From: Somniosus microcephalus
Lineage: Eukaryota
NCBI GenBank assembly: GCA_052327205.1
Contig: CM126229.1
Coordinates: 42,346,001-42,410,000 of the forward strand
Length of the DNA stretch: 64,000 nt
Reading direction: 5' to 3'
Both the position numbers and the translations under genes were made by a program. Positions 50,078 through 62,877 of this stretch are shown piece by piece. The notes under the pieces were generated by a model. It was not told where the DNA came from. It ran no database searches and saw only the letters and a program-made list of their open reading frames with translations. The first letter of the stretch is position 1; each line of letters begins with the position of its first letter.

Positions 50078-50310
50078 CTAGGAACAGGAGGAGGCCATTC
50101 AGCCGCTCAAGCCTGTTCTGCCATTCAATGGGATCATGGCCGATCTGTATCTTTAACTCCATCTATCTGGCTTGGTTCCTTAACCTTTAATACCCTTGTG
50201 TAACAAAAATCCATCAATCTCAGGTTTTACATTTTCAATTGCCCTCGTCTCAACAGATTTTGAGGAGACTTTTCCATTACCCTTTGCTTCCTGGCATCAC
50301 CCTGAACGGC
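50078..50310 (-). mobile_element. CR1 3'UTR fragment
   Basis: TAGGAACAGGAGGAGGCCATTCAGCC, the reverse complement of a CR1 terminus. Confidence 0.75.
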
Positions 50311-51154
50311 CTAGAAGGTGCAAATATGAGTGAACAGCTGTTTACAAATGAGTTGGCTTACGTTTAAATTAGCAAAAGTGTGGACAGGTGCAAGGGGCAC
50401 AAACATTGGAGGGGAGCACTTCATTCGTGTGGGCTATTTTCATTCAATGATGACAGTTTAACTAGCATGTACAAACTACTACTGTGGCTCAGTGTCATAA
50501 AACGTTTCCAATGTATTACAATGGAGACTTTTCTGTGTTTTTAAAGGACCATTTATCTCACTATATTCCCTCAGACTGCAAAGGCCCACAAGGAGACGAC
50601 GATGTGGTGTACCAGTGCCCTTGGAACCAGTAAATTCCTCATAGGGCAGGGCTTTTGCGGAGTGCCTCAGATAGGAAGTGCCACTATTAGAAAAGCTATT
50701 TGGATTCTGTTGGCAGCACTTACATAATGTGGATGATCTTGGCTCTTGCTGCGGGCTGGCTGACCCGTACCAACAGACACTGCACTTCCACCTTAGCTGG
50801 CCTTCCCGAATTGAAAAGTCACAAATGTAAATTTGCACTAACTGCGCATTTGCTTTAAAGTCTCATTCATGAGCAACTGGACACATGCAAAGCTTGGGCT
50901 GTGGTCACCCAATCCACCCAGCAGTATAAGATTGGCTAGAGCTAGTCAAATATGAAATTACTTCTATAAATGGTATATAAAAATGGCATGACTGCCCATA
51001 TGTAAACCATGCGCTCTATATATTTGATTCTTGCTGTGGTTGTAGTAGTAAGCTTGTGCTGATATCATTAAAATAACTTGATATATAAAATTTAACTTTT
51101 TTTTGCATCGCATCACTATGTAGGATGAAGACTAAAGCCTGGATTTTGACTTAC

Positions 51155-51403
51155 TGTGGCGGTTCCAGATACAGGCTGCACATTGGCAATTGTGCCACTC
51201 TGTTCCCCAAGGGTCTGACTGGATGCGTAGATATTCAGAGTATGGTCTGGGACTGGCGTCTGGCCTGTGTAGTCCTGAGTGTGTGGAACAGTGTATTCTG
51301 TTGGAATTCCATTCTGTGGAGGAGGAGGAGGAGGGGGAGGGAATGGAACTGTAGCGTACGGCTGTACCATAGCGTCTGGGGTGGCTGCTGGCTCCTGGCT
51401 ACC
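51155..51403 (-). CDS. RBFOX2: RBFOX2 exon, N-terminal domain ([45 protein letters not shown]...SGTAT), 249 nt, phase 0-0
   Basis: TTCAG|GGT acceptor and ACA|GTAAG donor. The [14 protein letters not shown] and PHTQDY motifs match RBFOX2 better than RBFOX1 or RBFOX3. Confidence 0.93.
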
Positions 51404-51649
51404 CTGAAGAAAGATGAATGAAAAATGACATTTGAGGAACGTTTCTCATGACATTCTTGGACAGGGTTTAAATGTGCATCATTCAATGACCTGAATGACA
51501 TGATCACATTTAGACTTCAATAACAATCCTGCAAGATCTGTTCTCCCCAGACTACTGCGGCAAAATGCCTGCTCATTTGTAAGACCAGGAATTTTAGAAA
51601 TTACCAGGAATTTTAGAAATAATGACATTTCCAGTACAGCTAAAAAGAT

Positions 51650-51835
51650 AAACTGCAAATGCTGAAAATCTGAAATACAAGAAAATATTGGAAATACAGC
51701 GTCAGTCAGCATCTGCGAACAAAATTGACAGGTTAATGTCTCCGGGACAAAGGGCCTCAACCTGAGCCCGTAACCTGTCTCTTTCCTTTCCAGATGCTGA
51801 CAGACCTGTGTATTTCCAGCATTTTCAATTTTTAC
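51650..51835. mobile_element. Degenerate copy of the palindromic family (another partial copy at about 40890-41000)
   Basis: ACTGCAAATGCTG.AAATCTGAAATA arm and CAGATGCTG...TTTCCAGCATTTT counter-arm. Confidence 0.6.
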
Positions 51836-53299
51836 CTTTGCAGAAGGTAGTAGATTAGAAATACTTTTACAATATAGTACCCTTACAGTACCCTTTTTAA
51901 ATGAAATTTTAACATACAAAAAGGCAGATAGAAATTATCAAACTATTTTCAAATCGCTGGTTTTGAAACACAGAGTTAACAGCACAATACAGCAACCATT
52001 TCACTCTGCGGCACGGTCTCATATTGACATTACACAACTGTGACTCTCGGTACAGACTTATCTTTGGTTATACTCAATTGGTGTGCACTACAGGTCTATA
52101 ACACAATGAAAGTGTTCACGGGGCACCAGTCTCATTGCTCCCTAATGTCTAAATATGGCAGTATCATGCTGCAGTCAGTGACAGACTCCAATACAGTAAT
52201 TGTGTATGTTATTCTGGTATGAGCCAGTCTACATGCTGGTGTGGAGCAGTGGCTTTCAAACATTTGTGTGGGATCCCCTGCAAATATCGACCCATTCCCA
52301 GGTAGTAGCTTTAGTAGAAAACTTGTGTTGTAAAATCCAGCACAGCTTTCCACATCTGACTGACGAGAATGGCAAAAACATTTGATCATACTGAAGTGAT
52401 GAGAAAGTACAAGATGTATGGATTCAAGATTTGGAGCATACTAATCCAAGTGGAGCGGGGTGGGAAGGGGTGCTGAGACAGTGGGAGCGCTTTAAAAAAG
52501 AAGCACAACAGCGTGAAGTTCAACTTCAAAGAGCTGACACCCAGCCTGGAACAGACGAAGCCCGCAAAAGCCTTTTATATATTTCCTCCCCTTAATCTCA
52601 AGTTTGGACTGCATCTCTGATGGCATGACCAAATAGGAGAGAAAACAACACAGTAAAAGGCAGCAGTGCTGCCAGTTGGCCAAAATGAATCTAAAATAAA
52701 ACTAGGCCTTAATCCTTGAACATTTTGGTTATGTACAGTGCATAAGGGTTGGATCCTTAAGGAGTGGAAGGGTCAGAAAGATTGCGTTAGTAAAAAAAAA
52801 AGCCACTGTATACTGGAAGACAAAACAAAGTCACTAATTTGTCACAAGCTGACCTCAGGTCTAGAGTCTTTACTGGTCCTCATTAAATTGTGGCTCACGA
52901 GTTGTTTTGTTGCCTAGCAACTGCTGAATTCTGTTTTCAGGAGGAAACATTAAAATACACTGGTTTATCATGCAACTGGGGTGGGTGGGGACACAATTCT
53001 ACTGGCAACGAGATGCTTTTTACAAAATTGAAATGCCAGTGACTGATCACTCACATCACCCCCTACCTTCCGTGACAGAGGAGGCTGGGATTGAAAAATC
53101 AGACCGTGAGTAATAATACGGTGCTCCATCACATGACATTAAACACTGCCCAGCCAGAACAATCCAACAGTTGCCTTATCCGCACACAACGTTTTCTTCG
53201 TAATATTGGATAATTTATGCAATGTGAACATTCTCTGAAGGTAAAGGCTCATCCACATCAAGCAGATTGCAGTAGGTGAACAGTATTCATCCATAATAC

Positions 53300-54560
53300 A
53301 GGATGAAATTACTGAACGCTTAGAGTGGCACAGACTAATCAGCAGGGATGTATAAAGGACAGGTCAGTATGTCTAATTTAACAATGTTTTGAAGCAGTCA
53401 GAGTGAAAACAGAGGATATTTTAGATATTTTATATATATTTGCAGATGGTGTTTGAGAAAAGACCTGTTAAAAAATGACACGTAATATTAAAAGCAATGC
53501 ATGGAGAGATAGCCTGGGGACAGAACAGAGTTTTTCAAAACAGATATTTTTCCAATTGGCAGCATTAAGGTAGAGTGTATAGCAAACTATGGGGAAGAAT
53601 GCAAGAGGACTGACAAGTTAGCAGATGGGGCAGGGAGATAGCAGGTGCAGTTCAATGCAGAGAAAAGTGTAGTACATTTTGGGACAAACAACAGTGAAAT
53701 TAAGTACACCCTGAAGAATAACGTCCTTAATGAGGAACAGAGAGATCCAATGATATAAAGATTTATGAATTTGTAAGTGGGAATGCAGGTAGAAAAAACT
53801 GAAAAGGGGGAAATGGAATTAATATAGAGGCATTGAATACAAAAGCAAGAACATAATGTTGAATTTGTACAAGACATTAGTTAAACCACAGCTGAAGTAC
53901 TCTAGACACTAGTTTATAGGAAAGATATTACAGCCACGGAAAAGCTACAGCGGAAATTCACTAAAATTACAGGCTGGGTAACCTTAAATTTACCCACATC
54001 TTTTATCCTGTATTATGTCCTGTCAAAGCTTACCCATTACCTATGTTAGGCTGACTGGTCTGCAGTTACCCACTTTATCCCTCTCTTCCTTTTTGAACAG
54101 AGGCGTCATATTGGCAACCCTCGAGTCTTCGGATACATAGACAAGGATACATGAAAGATTTTGGTCCGAGCCTCTGCTGTTGCCTCTCTGACTTTCCCCA
54201 TTCTAGGATGCAGCCATCAGGGCCTGGTAACTTTTCTACCCGAGTTCCACCAATTTTACAGTACTCCTTCCTTACCTAGAATTCTCTTATCTCCTTGCGC
54301 GACTCCCTTCTCTTCTACCCTTTTTCTTCCCACTAACGTACTCTTCTGCAAAATCAGAGGCAAAGTACTCATTTAGTATCTCCATCCTTCATAAGTTTTC
54401 TTTCTCAACTCCATTCAACCCTAACTTTTCTTCAACTGTCCTGTTACCTGGTGTTTATTAAACCCTTTACGTTATTGCCTGTCTTTTAGCCTTTCTGGTT
54501 TCCTTCTTTTTGCTTCCCCACTAGATTTTCTATATTCTGCTTGATTTTCCTTTGTAATCG
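53300..54560. mobile_element. Highly decayed CR1 ORF2 pieces in opposite orientations (+ about 53300-53970, - about 53990-54560)
   Basis: The + part has FNAEKSVVHFG and LYKTLVKPQL. The - part has the reverse complement of LFKKG...GNCRPVSLT. Confidence 0.6.
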
Positions 54561-57500
54561 TAACACTAGATTTTTTCATATTTTGCTCTTTACAAACCAT
54601 TTATTTCAGACCATTGAAAGCATTCCTTTAAAGCTGCTTTTAAATTGCATGAGGCCCCTGCTATTGCTGCTGGTTCATGAAGGTCTTGTGGAGCTGGCTG
54701 CAAGCTGAATGTAAACTGCTGGGACCCACTAAGACTTGCAGCTGGGAAGTCCTCTTTTAATGACGTCTTCCCAGCCACCGATCTTGGCGAGTTCACGGAG
54801 TTTTACATTCACCTTGCAGCTGGTTGGACTTCCGTGGAACCAGAGACACTAGAACAAGTTTCACACAATATAAAAAAAACTATAATCTTTGTGGGCTTAC
54901 ATTATCACTCTGTCTTTTGGTAGCAAGGCAAGTGCCGTTTAGCTTTTTCTCGAAGTTGACTGAATTAATTTTCTCTAGTGGCTGCTACTTAAGAGATTCA
55001 CAGTGCAATCATTAAAAAACAGAACAGGACAATAAGCAGCCGGAAGCAGACAATGTGACCAGTCTCTGATACTCCATTCAACTCTGGCATCATAATCAGC
55101 ACAACCACCCCTAAACAAGGGATCAATTCTCTCCCTCTCGGTGTCCTGGTGAGGGAGGTGGTAATGATGAAGACTTTACACAAAAGGACAACATGCCTTA
55201 ATCACAGTCATCATTCCCTTACAAAGAAGGAATAGGGTTGTAACACAACAATGGACAAAATTACTGAGGGTTTTCCCTCACAATCAGATTCTATAAAATT
55301 ATACCCACTAAATCGAATATCTAACAAATAATTAACAGCAAGTCCATCATAAAAGTGAAACTGTATTTTGTGATGACATCCACTGAAACCAACGCTAACT
55401 GAATTCAGTTGTCATGCCTAATATTGAAAATGTGTTAAATATACAGTATGCTAGCTTTTATCTACCCGCACTGCATTCATTCTTCCTAGTGTAATTACCA
55501 GTTCTCATCGGCAATCTTCTGATGGTTTTTTCTTAATTAATCATAGTTAAGGTAGCATATGCTCAGTGCAGCTTGCTTCATTAGCCATCTTGCACTTTTG
55601 AGCATCAGCTTGACTCAACTGGTGGCATCTTTGCTTCTGAGTCAGAAGGTTGTGTGTTCAAGCCCCACTCCATGATTTGAGCACATCATCTGGGCTGCTT
55701 AATGAGGAATGAAGGGGAAGCTGTAATGTTAGAGGTGCTCTTTCAGATGGCACTATCTGAATTGGAACAGGGATCCTCGCCAATGTCCCATTTGCCAACA
55801 TTTCTCCCTCAACCAATACCAAAACCGATTAAAAGATTATCATCTCATTTACCATTTTGCAGGAACTTGCTACGTGCAAAATGGCTGCTGTTGTGGCTGC
55901 ACTTCAACAGCAATTCATTGGCTGTGAAACATTTTGCGATGTCCTGAATTTGGGATAAAGAATTGTATAAATGCAAGCTGTTTTCCCCCTCGGGCCTTAG
56001 TGCAATGGCAGATACAATAGCCTCATTCTGGTCTGCCTCTGAACCAAAACGTTGCTTCAGGGAGTCACCACTTCAGCTGGGCAACTACGGTCTATAACTG
56101 CACATTCCTCCCCAAAATGTAAAAACACTAACCATATACAAATGCTGCTGAGTGGGAAACTCATTTTGACATTGTTAATGGCAATCCTGAAAATAAACAG
56201 CCCAACTGCCATAGACCCATGTTTGCTGGGTGACTTGCGTTTTGCCACTGGAATATCCAGTTCCCCTCAGGGCCGCTAAATGTGTTGAGCCAGCTCAGCA
56301 AGTCAGCATGCTTGGATCTCAACTCAAACCAGCACCTTGTCACAAGCATACTGATGCACAGAACTGGTTTAATGTCAAATCTCAAACGAACCATTTCAAT
56401 TTTTTTTTAAATTTGCAGAGTTGATTCAAATCATCTTTTATATTGTCATTTGCCTGCACTCGTCTGTAGGCAGTTGGGAGGCAAATTTAGAAAATTACAG
56501 TCTATTCATCTACTACAATATAAATGTAGGAGTGCTGCATGAAGGTCATTTTGGCATTGCTTCTTTCACAATCAATATAAAGGAAAGGGGCCTTGAAATA
56601 GTCTTAACAGAATACTGCCAACAATAACAGCAGCAATCGTGCTTAGTGCTGTTTTTCAGAGGCTGAAAGTGTGGATCTTATAAGTGACAGCCACTTGAAA
56701 ATTGAAGACAATGTAGAAACCTCATTTACATTACACAACAGAGTCACTGGATGGTCATCAGAAGTGGGAACTGGGGGGGGGGGGGGCGGCATGGTGGAAA
56801 GAGGAACGAGGAATGGTTTTGTGACATGTTTTGCTGGATCTTCACTGCCCATGTAACTCCATCTTAGCTGATTTCCTTCGCAGAATAGAGTGTTCCATTA
56901 CCATGAGGCACCCCATCTGGCAGCCAAAACTCACCAACAGAAGTTAGACATTTTAGTGGTAATTGGCATTGGGTTTCAACTTGATTGAGGCTCGAACCCT
57001 TTCTCTGAAAGTCAAGAAATTTACTTTGAGATATCACATACTTACAGCAGAACACAAGTGAAAACAAAAAAAAGTTTAGTACAGATAGAGTTAACTACAT
57101 AAAGTGCTCCAGCAATGGTAAAGAAATTCACAGCTTTTGCCAAAGGCAGTCACTAATGAAAAACACATTTCAGCATGCGTCATGGAGAACTTTCCACTGC
57201 TACAGTAGATTCACTTCCAAGATGTCTGGCGCCCTCATTACTAACATGCTAAATCTTCTCTGCACAATACTTAATTTTACAGATATCAGCAATTTTTTTG
57301 CACTAACTATTTTATTAATGAGTGTTGCTATTTTCTTAATGTTAATGTTAGAGTCAGGTGTATCCAAGAGGAAATGGTGAAATATGTCACACCTGCCCCT
57401 CCTAACTAGGATTTCAGACTTCATTACTCTTAACGTTTTACAGTCTGGTGGCTGGCATCGGACATGCTCTGCTTTTGCAACCAAGCTACTCACAGTAAAC

Positions 57501-58787
57501 CTGGGCCATCATAACTCACTACAAGAAAAAGTTTCACTCGCCTGGAAAAAGCTGCATTAAACTTGCCAAAGCAAACAATTTTTCAGGGATCCTCAATTCC
57601 TAATTAATCCATTTTAATATGAACACTATGACTCCAGACTAAAAGGGTGGACCTAGGAAGAGAGGGACCGATCTGAAATATTTAGTCTCATTCAGAACTC
57701 TGTTATATTCATAGACAAGGCCCTCCTCCAAATGTGTTCCTAGTTTTGAAAGTCTCAGATTATTCCTAGCAGTTTAATAAATACTTTTCTGCAATTCCCC
57801 CTTCTTTTAAGGCTCCCTCGCGATGTAGTATTCGCAGACACGAGGAGGTTACCAAGAGCTGCCGCCAGCCCACTGCCGCGGTTGCACCGAGGCGTCTGTT
57901 AGGAGGTGTGGCAGCAGTCAAAGGATCTCATGCTTTAAGTTTTCTCTACCTGTAAGAAAGCACCTGGCTTCTTGACAAAATAACCAGTAAAAAGTAGGCC
58001 ACACAAAGAATCAAAGGTACACACTTGCATCCTTCCAGCAGGCTGTGCCACCTACGTGCCATTTAACCAGACTGGGGTACAGTCCCTCACGCAGCAGCAA
58101 CCTAGTGCTTTGCTCAAGTAGCTACTCTTCATATGTGAACCTGCACAGCGATGGCCAGCATTCCGTTTGACGCTGAAGTTCATTCCAGCCAAGTCCAACA
58201 ATACTCTGGCTCAACACCTACTCATCCACTCCAGTGCAGGCTGCTGGATAGTGATCAGGTGAGGTTTTTAAACCTCCTCTCTAGCTAGGGAACAATGAGG
58301 CGAACTGTAGCACCCTTCTAACTCACCAGAGGCTAGGAATCAATCTTGGAATGACTCAGTGATTTCTCATATAATGCATTAACCCATTGAGTCTTTGTGA
58401 GGATGAAAGAGAAGAATGATATTTAACAATCTTACCTTCCTTACTTTGGAAAGTATGTGCTTTAATAGGCCATGTAATTCTATTACAGTTCAGTTTTTAC
58501 AAAGAGGAAGCATTATAAGTAGGCTAGAATGCTCCAGTATTATGGAAATAAACCTTTCACTATTTTTTCTCGATGCCCACATGGTCAAGCCTGATAGTGT
58601 CGGTCTTACTCATCTTCTCACCTAATTCAACCTATAAAAGTTGAAGAAAACTACTATCTTGGTTAGAATTTGTCGGTCTGACCAGCAACATCTCACTTCC
58701 AATAACTGCCCTTTTTCAATGAACAGCGTTCAATATTTTGTTCACGACTGAAGTCAGGCTTGATCGTCTCGGTCTAAAGAAACGCAA

Positions 58788-59193
58788 CCCATTCCGATGC
58801 ATCTGACTAACCGCCCTCCGCGCTTCAATGGGGTTGTGATTTTCCCCATTCCGATGTATCTGACTAACCGCCTTCCGCACTTCAATGGGGTTGTGATTTG
58901 CCCCATTCCGATGTATCTGACTAACCGCCCTCCGCACTTCAATGGGGTTGTGATTTGCCCCATTCCGATGTATTTGATTAACCGCCCTCCGCACTTCAAT
59001 GGGGCTGTGATTTGCCCCATTCCGATGTATTTGATTAACCGCCCTCCGCACTTCAATGGGGCTGTGATTTGCCCCATACCGATGTATTTGATTAACCGCC
59101 CTCCGCACTTCAATGGGGTTGTGATTTGCCCCATTCCGATGTATTTGATTAACCGCCCTCCGCACTTCAATGGGGCTGTGATTTGCCCCATTC
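58788..59193. repeat. 57-bp tandem repeat, about 7 copies
   Basis: Unit CCCATTCCGATGTATTTGATTAACCGCCCTCCGCACTTCAATGGGG(T/C)TGTGATTTGC, with 19-aa periodicity in the ORF track. Confidence 0.95.
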
Positions 59194-59989
59194 TGCTCCA
59201 TCATAAATCTCACTCCTAATATTTCCCTAAACAGCATAAAATCTTAAATTTTTGCAGAAAAGTGGTAGTTTCTTTCATCTAATGTAACAAGAGAGCCATC
59301 ACATTTTGGACCACTTTTCTCACAGGAAACTACCAGATGTTTACAGCTTACACTATGACAAAGGCAACGGAAGTTTGCACTGCTTGCACACCTACTTCAC
59401 TCAGCGCAGCCCCTTCATCTTATAACTCATTTATAATGTACAGCCACAGTAGCATGTGACTTTGAGTGTGCAGAGGCGCCAACTATGGTTGGTGAATCCA
59501 CCCCATTTAGACTGCCAGAATATTTAATAGGAGTGAGAAGATTGCAATGGCTTCTGCCAGTCTTTATGCCTCACCAGCCAGTCAAGTAATTGCAGTTCAA
59601 TTACTTTGTGTGGTTTCTTGTATGGTTTGAAAAGGGAGTTGAACAAGTTTCTTTTTGGGGGAAAAAAAGTTGCATTAAAAAAAAAATTCTTTCAACTAAA
59701 AACATGTGTACTATCAATGATCCAGATTTGAACAATCTACAATTCACCCTATTTTCCCAAGTCCTGACTGTAGAAGGATAGGACTACATCGATGCGGAGT
59801 ACGGTTCTCAATAACCCACCAAGACGAGCAATTCATCATCAAGGGGAAGGCTAGGAGTAATCGTTAGCCAGGGCTGCAATGTGAACCCAGTCCCTCAGCA
59901 GCACGGTGTAGAAATGCCTGCACCACTTGGTCACCTTCATTCAAGAGGTTTTAAAAGACTAAACATATGAATAAACTATTCCTGACAAA

Positions 59990-62877
59990 TATATAAGGGC
60001 AAGGCTGGATGGCATCCATTTTAATGCAAGGAGTCTTGCAAATAAGGTGGATGAACTGAAGGTGTTGATAAACACATGGGAGTATGATATTGTTGCTATC
60101 ACGGAGACATGGTTGAGGGAAGGGCAAGATTGGCAGCTCAATATTCCGGGGTACAGAATCTTCAGGCGAGACAGAGGGGGAGGTATGAGAGGAGGGGGTG
60201 TCGCAATATTAATTAAGGAGTCAATTACTGCAGTAAGGAGGGATGATATATTAGCAGGGTCCTCTCATGAGGCCATATGGGTGGAGCTTAAAAACAAAAA
60301 GGGGGCAAGCACTTTGCTGGGCGTGTACTATAGGCCTCCAAACAGTCAGGAGGAGATAGAGGAACAGATATGTAGGCAAATCTCAGAAATGTGCAAATAA
60401 TAGGGTAATAATAATGGGGGATTTCAACTTCCCCAATATTAACTGGGATAGTCAGAGTGTGAAAGGCTCAGAGGGTGTAGAATTCTTAAAGTGCATCCAG
60501 GAGAGCTTTTTGAGCCAGCATGTAGAAAGTCCTACAAGAGAGGGGGCGGTACTGGACCTAATTCTAGGGAATGTGGCCGGCCAAGTGGAAAAAGTGCTAG
60601 TAGGTGAGCACTTTGGTGACAGTGACCATAATATGGTAAGATTTAAGGTGGTCATGGAAAAGGACAGGGATGGGCCGGAAATAAAGGTTCTAAATTGGGG
60701 GAAGGCCGATTTTAATAGGATAAGGCAGGATCTGGCCAAAATGGACTGGGATCAGCTACTTGTAGGAAAATCCGCATCGGAGCAATGGGAGGCTTTCAGA
60801 AGGGAGATTGAGATCATACAATGGCAACATGTTCCCGTAAAGGTCAAGGGTGGTTCCAAAAACCACAGGGAACCTTGGATGTCAGGGGATATACGAGAAT
60901 GGATTAGGAAAAAAAGGAGGGCTTTTGGTAGATACAAAAGGCTAAAGACGGAGGAAGCCCTAGAGGAGTACAAAAAGTGCAGGGGGATACTTAAAAAAGA
61001 AATTAGGAGATCAAGGAGGGGCCATGAAATAACACTGGCGAGCAAAATAAAGGAAAATCCGAAGATGTTTTATAAGTATATTAAGGGTAAGAGGATAACT
61101 AGGGAAAAAATAGGGCCCATTAGGGACAAAAGTGGCAATCTGTGTGTGGAGCCGGAAGATGTAGGAGGGGTTCTAAATGAATTTTTTGCATCTGTTTTCA
61201 CTATGGAGAAGGACGATGTAGACATAGAAATAGGGCGGGGGGGACTGTGATATGCTCGAACATATTAACATCGAGAGGGAGGAGGTATTGGCGGTTTTAG
61301 CTGGCCTAAAAATGGATAAATCCCCAGGCCCGGATGAAATGTATCCCAGGCTGCTGTGTGAGGCAAAGGAGGAGATTGCGGGGGCTCTAACACATATATT
61401 CAGGACCTCTCTGGCCACAGGGGATGTGCCAGAGGACTGGAGAACCGTTAATGTAGTACCATTATTCAAGAAGGGTAGTAGGGAAAAACCGGGGAACTAC
61501 AGGCCAGTGAGCCTAACATCAGTGGTAGGAAAACTATTGGAAAAAATCCTGAGGGACAAAATTTGTCTCCACTTGGAGAGGCAAGGATTAATCAGGGATA
61601 GTCAACATGGCTTTGTCAAGGGAAGATCATGTCTGACTAATTTGATTGAATTTTTTGAGGGGGTGACTAGGTGTGTGGATGAGGGTAACAGTGGATGTGG
61701 TATACATGGATTTCAGTAAGGCCTTCGATAAAGTCCCGCACAGGAGACTGGTCAAGAAGGTAAGAGCCCATGGAATCCAGGGTGCCTTGGCACATTGGAT
61801 ACAAAACTGGCTTAGTGGCAGAAGGTGATGGTCGAAGGCTGTTTTTGTGACTGGAAGCCTGTGGCCAGTGGGGTACCACAGGGATCGGTGCTGGGTCCCT
61901 TGCTGTTTGTGGTCTACATTAATGACTTGGATATGAATGTAAAGGGTATGATCAGTAAGTTCGCGGATGATACAAAAATTGGTAGGGTGGTAAATAGCGA
62001 GGAGGGTAGCCTCAGTTTGCAGGACGATATAGATGGGTTGGTCAGATGGGCGGAACAGTGGCAAATGGAATTTAACCCGGAAAAGTGTGAGGTGATGCAC
62101 TTTGGGGGGACTAACAAGGCAAGGGAATACACAATGAATGGAAAGACCCTAGGCAAGACGGAGGGTCAGAGGGATCTGGGTGTGCAAGTACACAGATCCC
62201 TGAAGGCGGCGGAACAGGTGGATAAGGTGGTAAAAAAGGCATATGGGATACTTATATTCAATGCCTCGGCTAATGAAGGCAAGAGCAAGGAGGTTATGAT
62301 GGAGCTGTATAAAACACTGGTTAGGCCACAGCTGGAATACTGTGTGCAGTTCTGGTCGCCACACTACAGGAAGGATGTGATCGCGTTAGAGAGGGTGCAG
62401 AGGAGGTTCACCAGGATGTTACCAGGGCTGGAGCGCTTCGGCTATGAAGAGAGACTGGGCAGATTGGGTTTGTTTTCCTTGGAGCAGAGGAGGCTGAGGG
62501 GGGACATGATTGAGGTGTACAAAATTATGAGGGGCATAGATAGGATGGATGCTGAGGAGCTTTTTCCCTTAGTAGAGGGGTCAATAACTAGGGGGCATAG
62601 ATTCAAGGTAAAGGGCGGGAGGTTTAGAGGGGATTTGAGAAAGAACTTTTTCACCCAGAGGGTGGTTGGAGTCTGGAACTCACTGCCTGAAAGGGTTGTG
62701 GAGGCAGAAACCCTCAACATTTAAGAAGCATTTGGATGTGCACTTGAAATGCCATAACATACAAGGCTACGGGCCAAATGCTGGAATATGGGATTAGATT
62801 AGGCAGGGCTTGATGGCCGGCGCGGACACGATGGGCCGATGGGCCTCTATCCGTGCTGTATGACTCTATGACTCTAA
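59990..62877 (+). mobile_element. 5'-truncated CR1 LINE (ORF2 only, different subfamily), disrupted
   Basis: ORF pieces 60047-60400, 60414-61250, 61252-61719 and 61825-62724 encode APE and RT (FADD). Ends in a (GACTCTAT)n tail. Confidence 0.93.

Noticed and set aside
58716-59237. 140-173 aa repetitive ORFs
   Set aside because: They are translations of the 57-bp tandem repeat.
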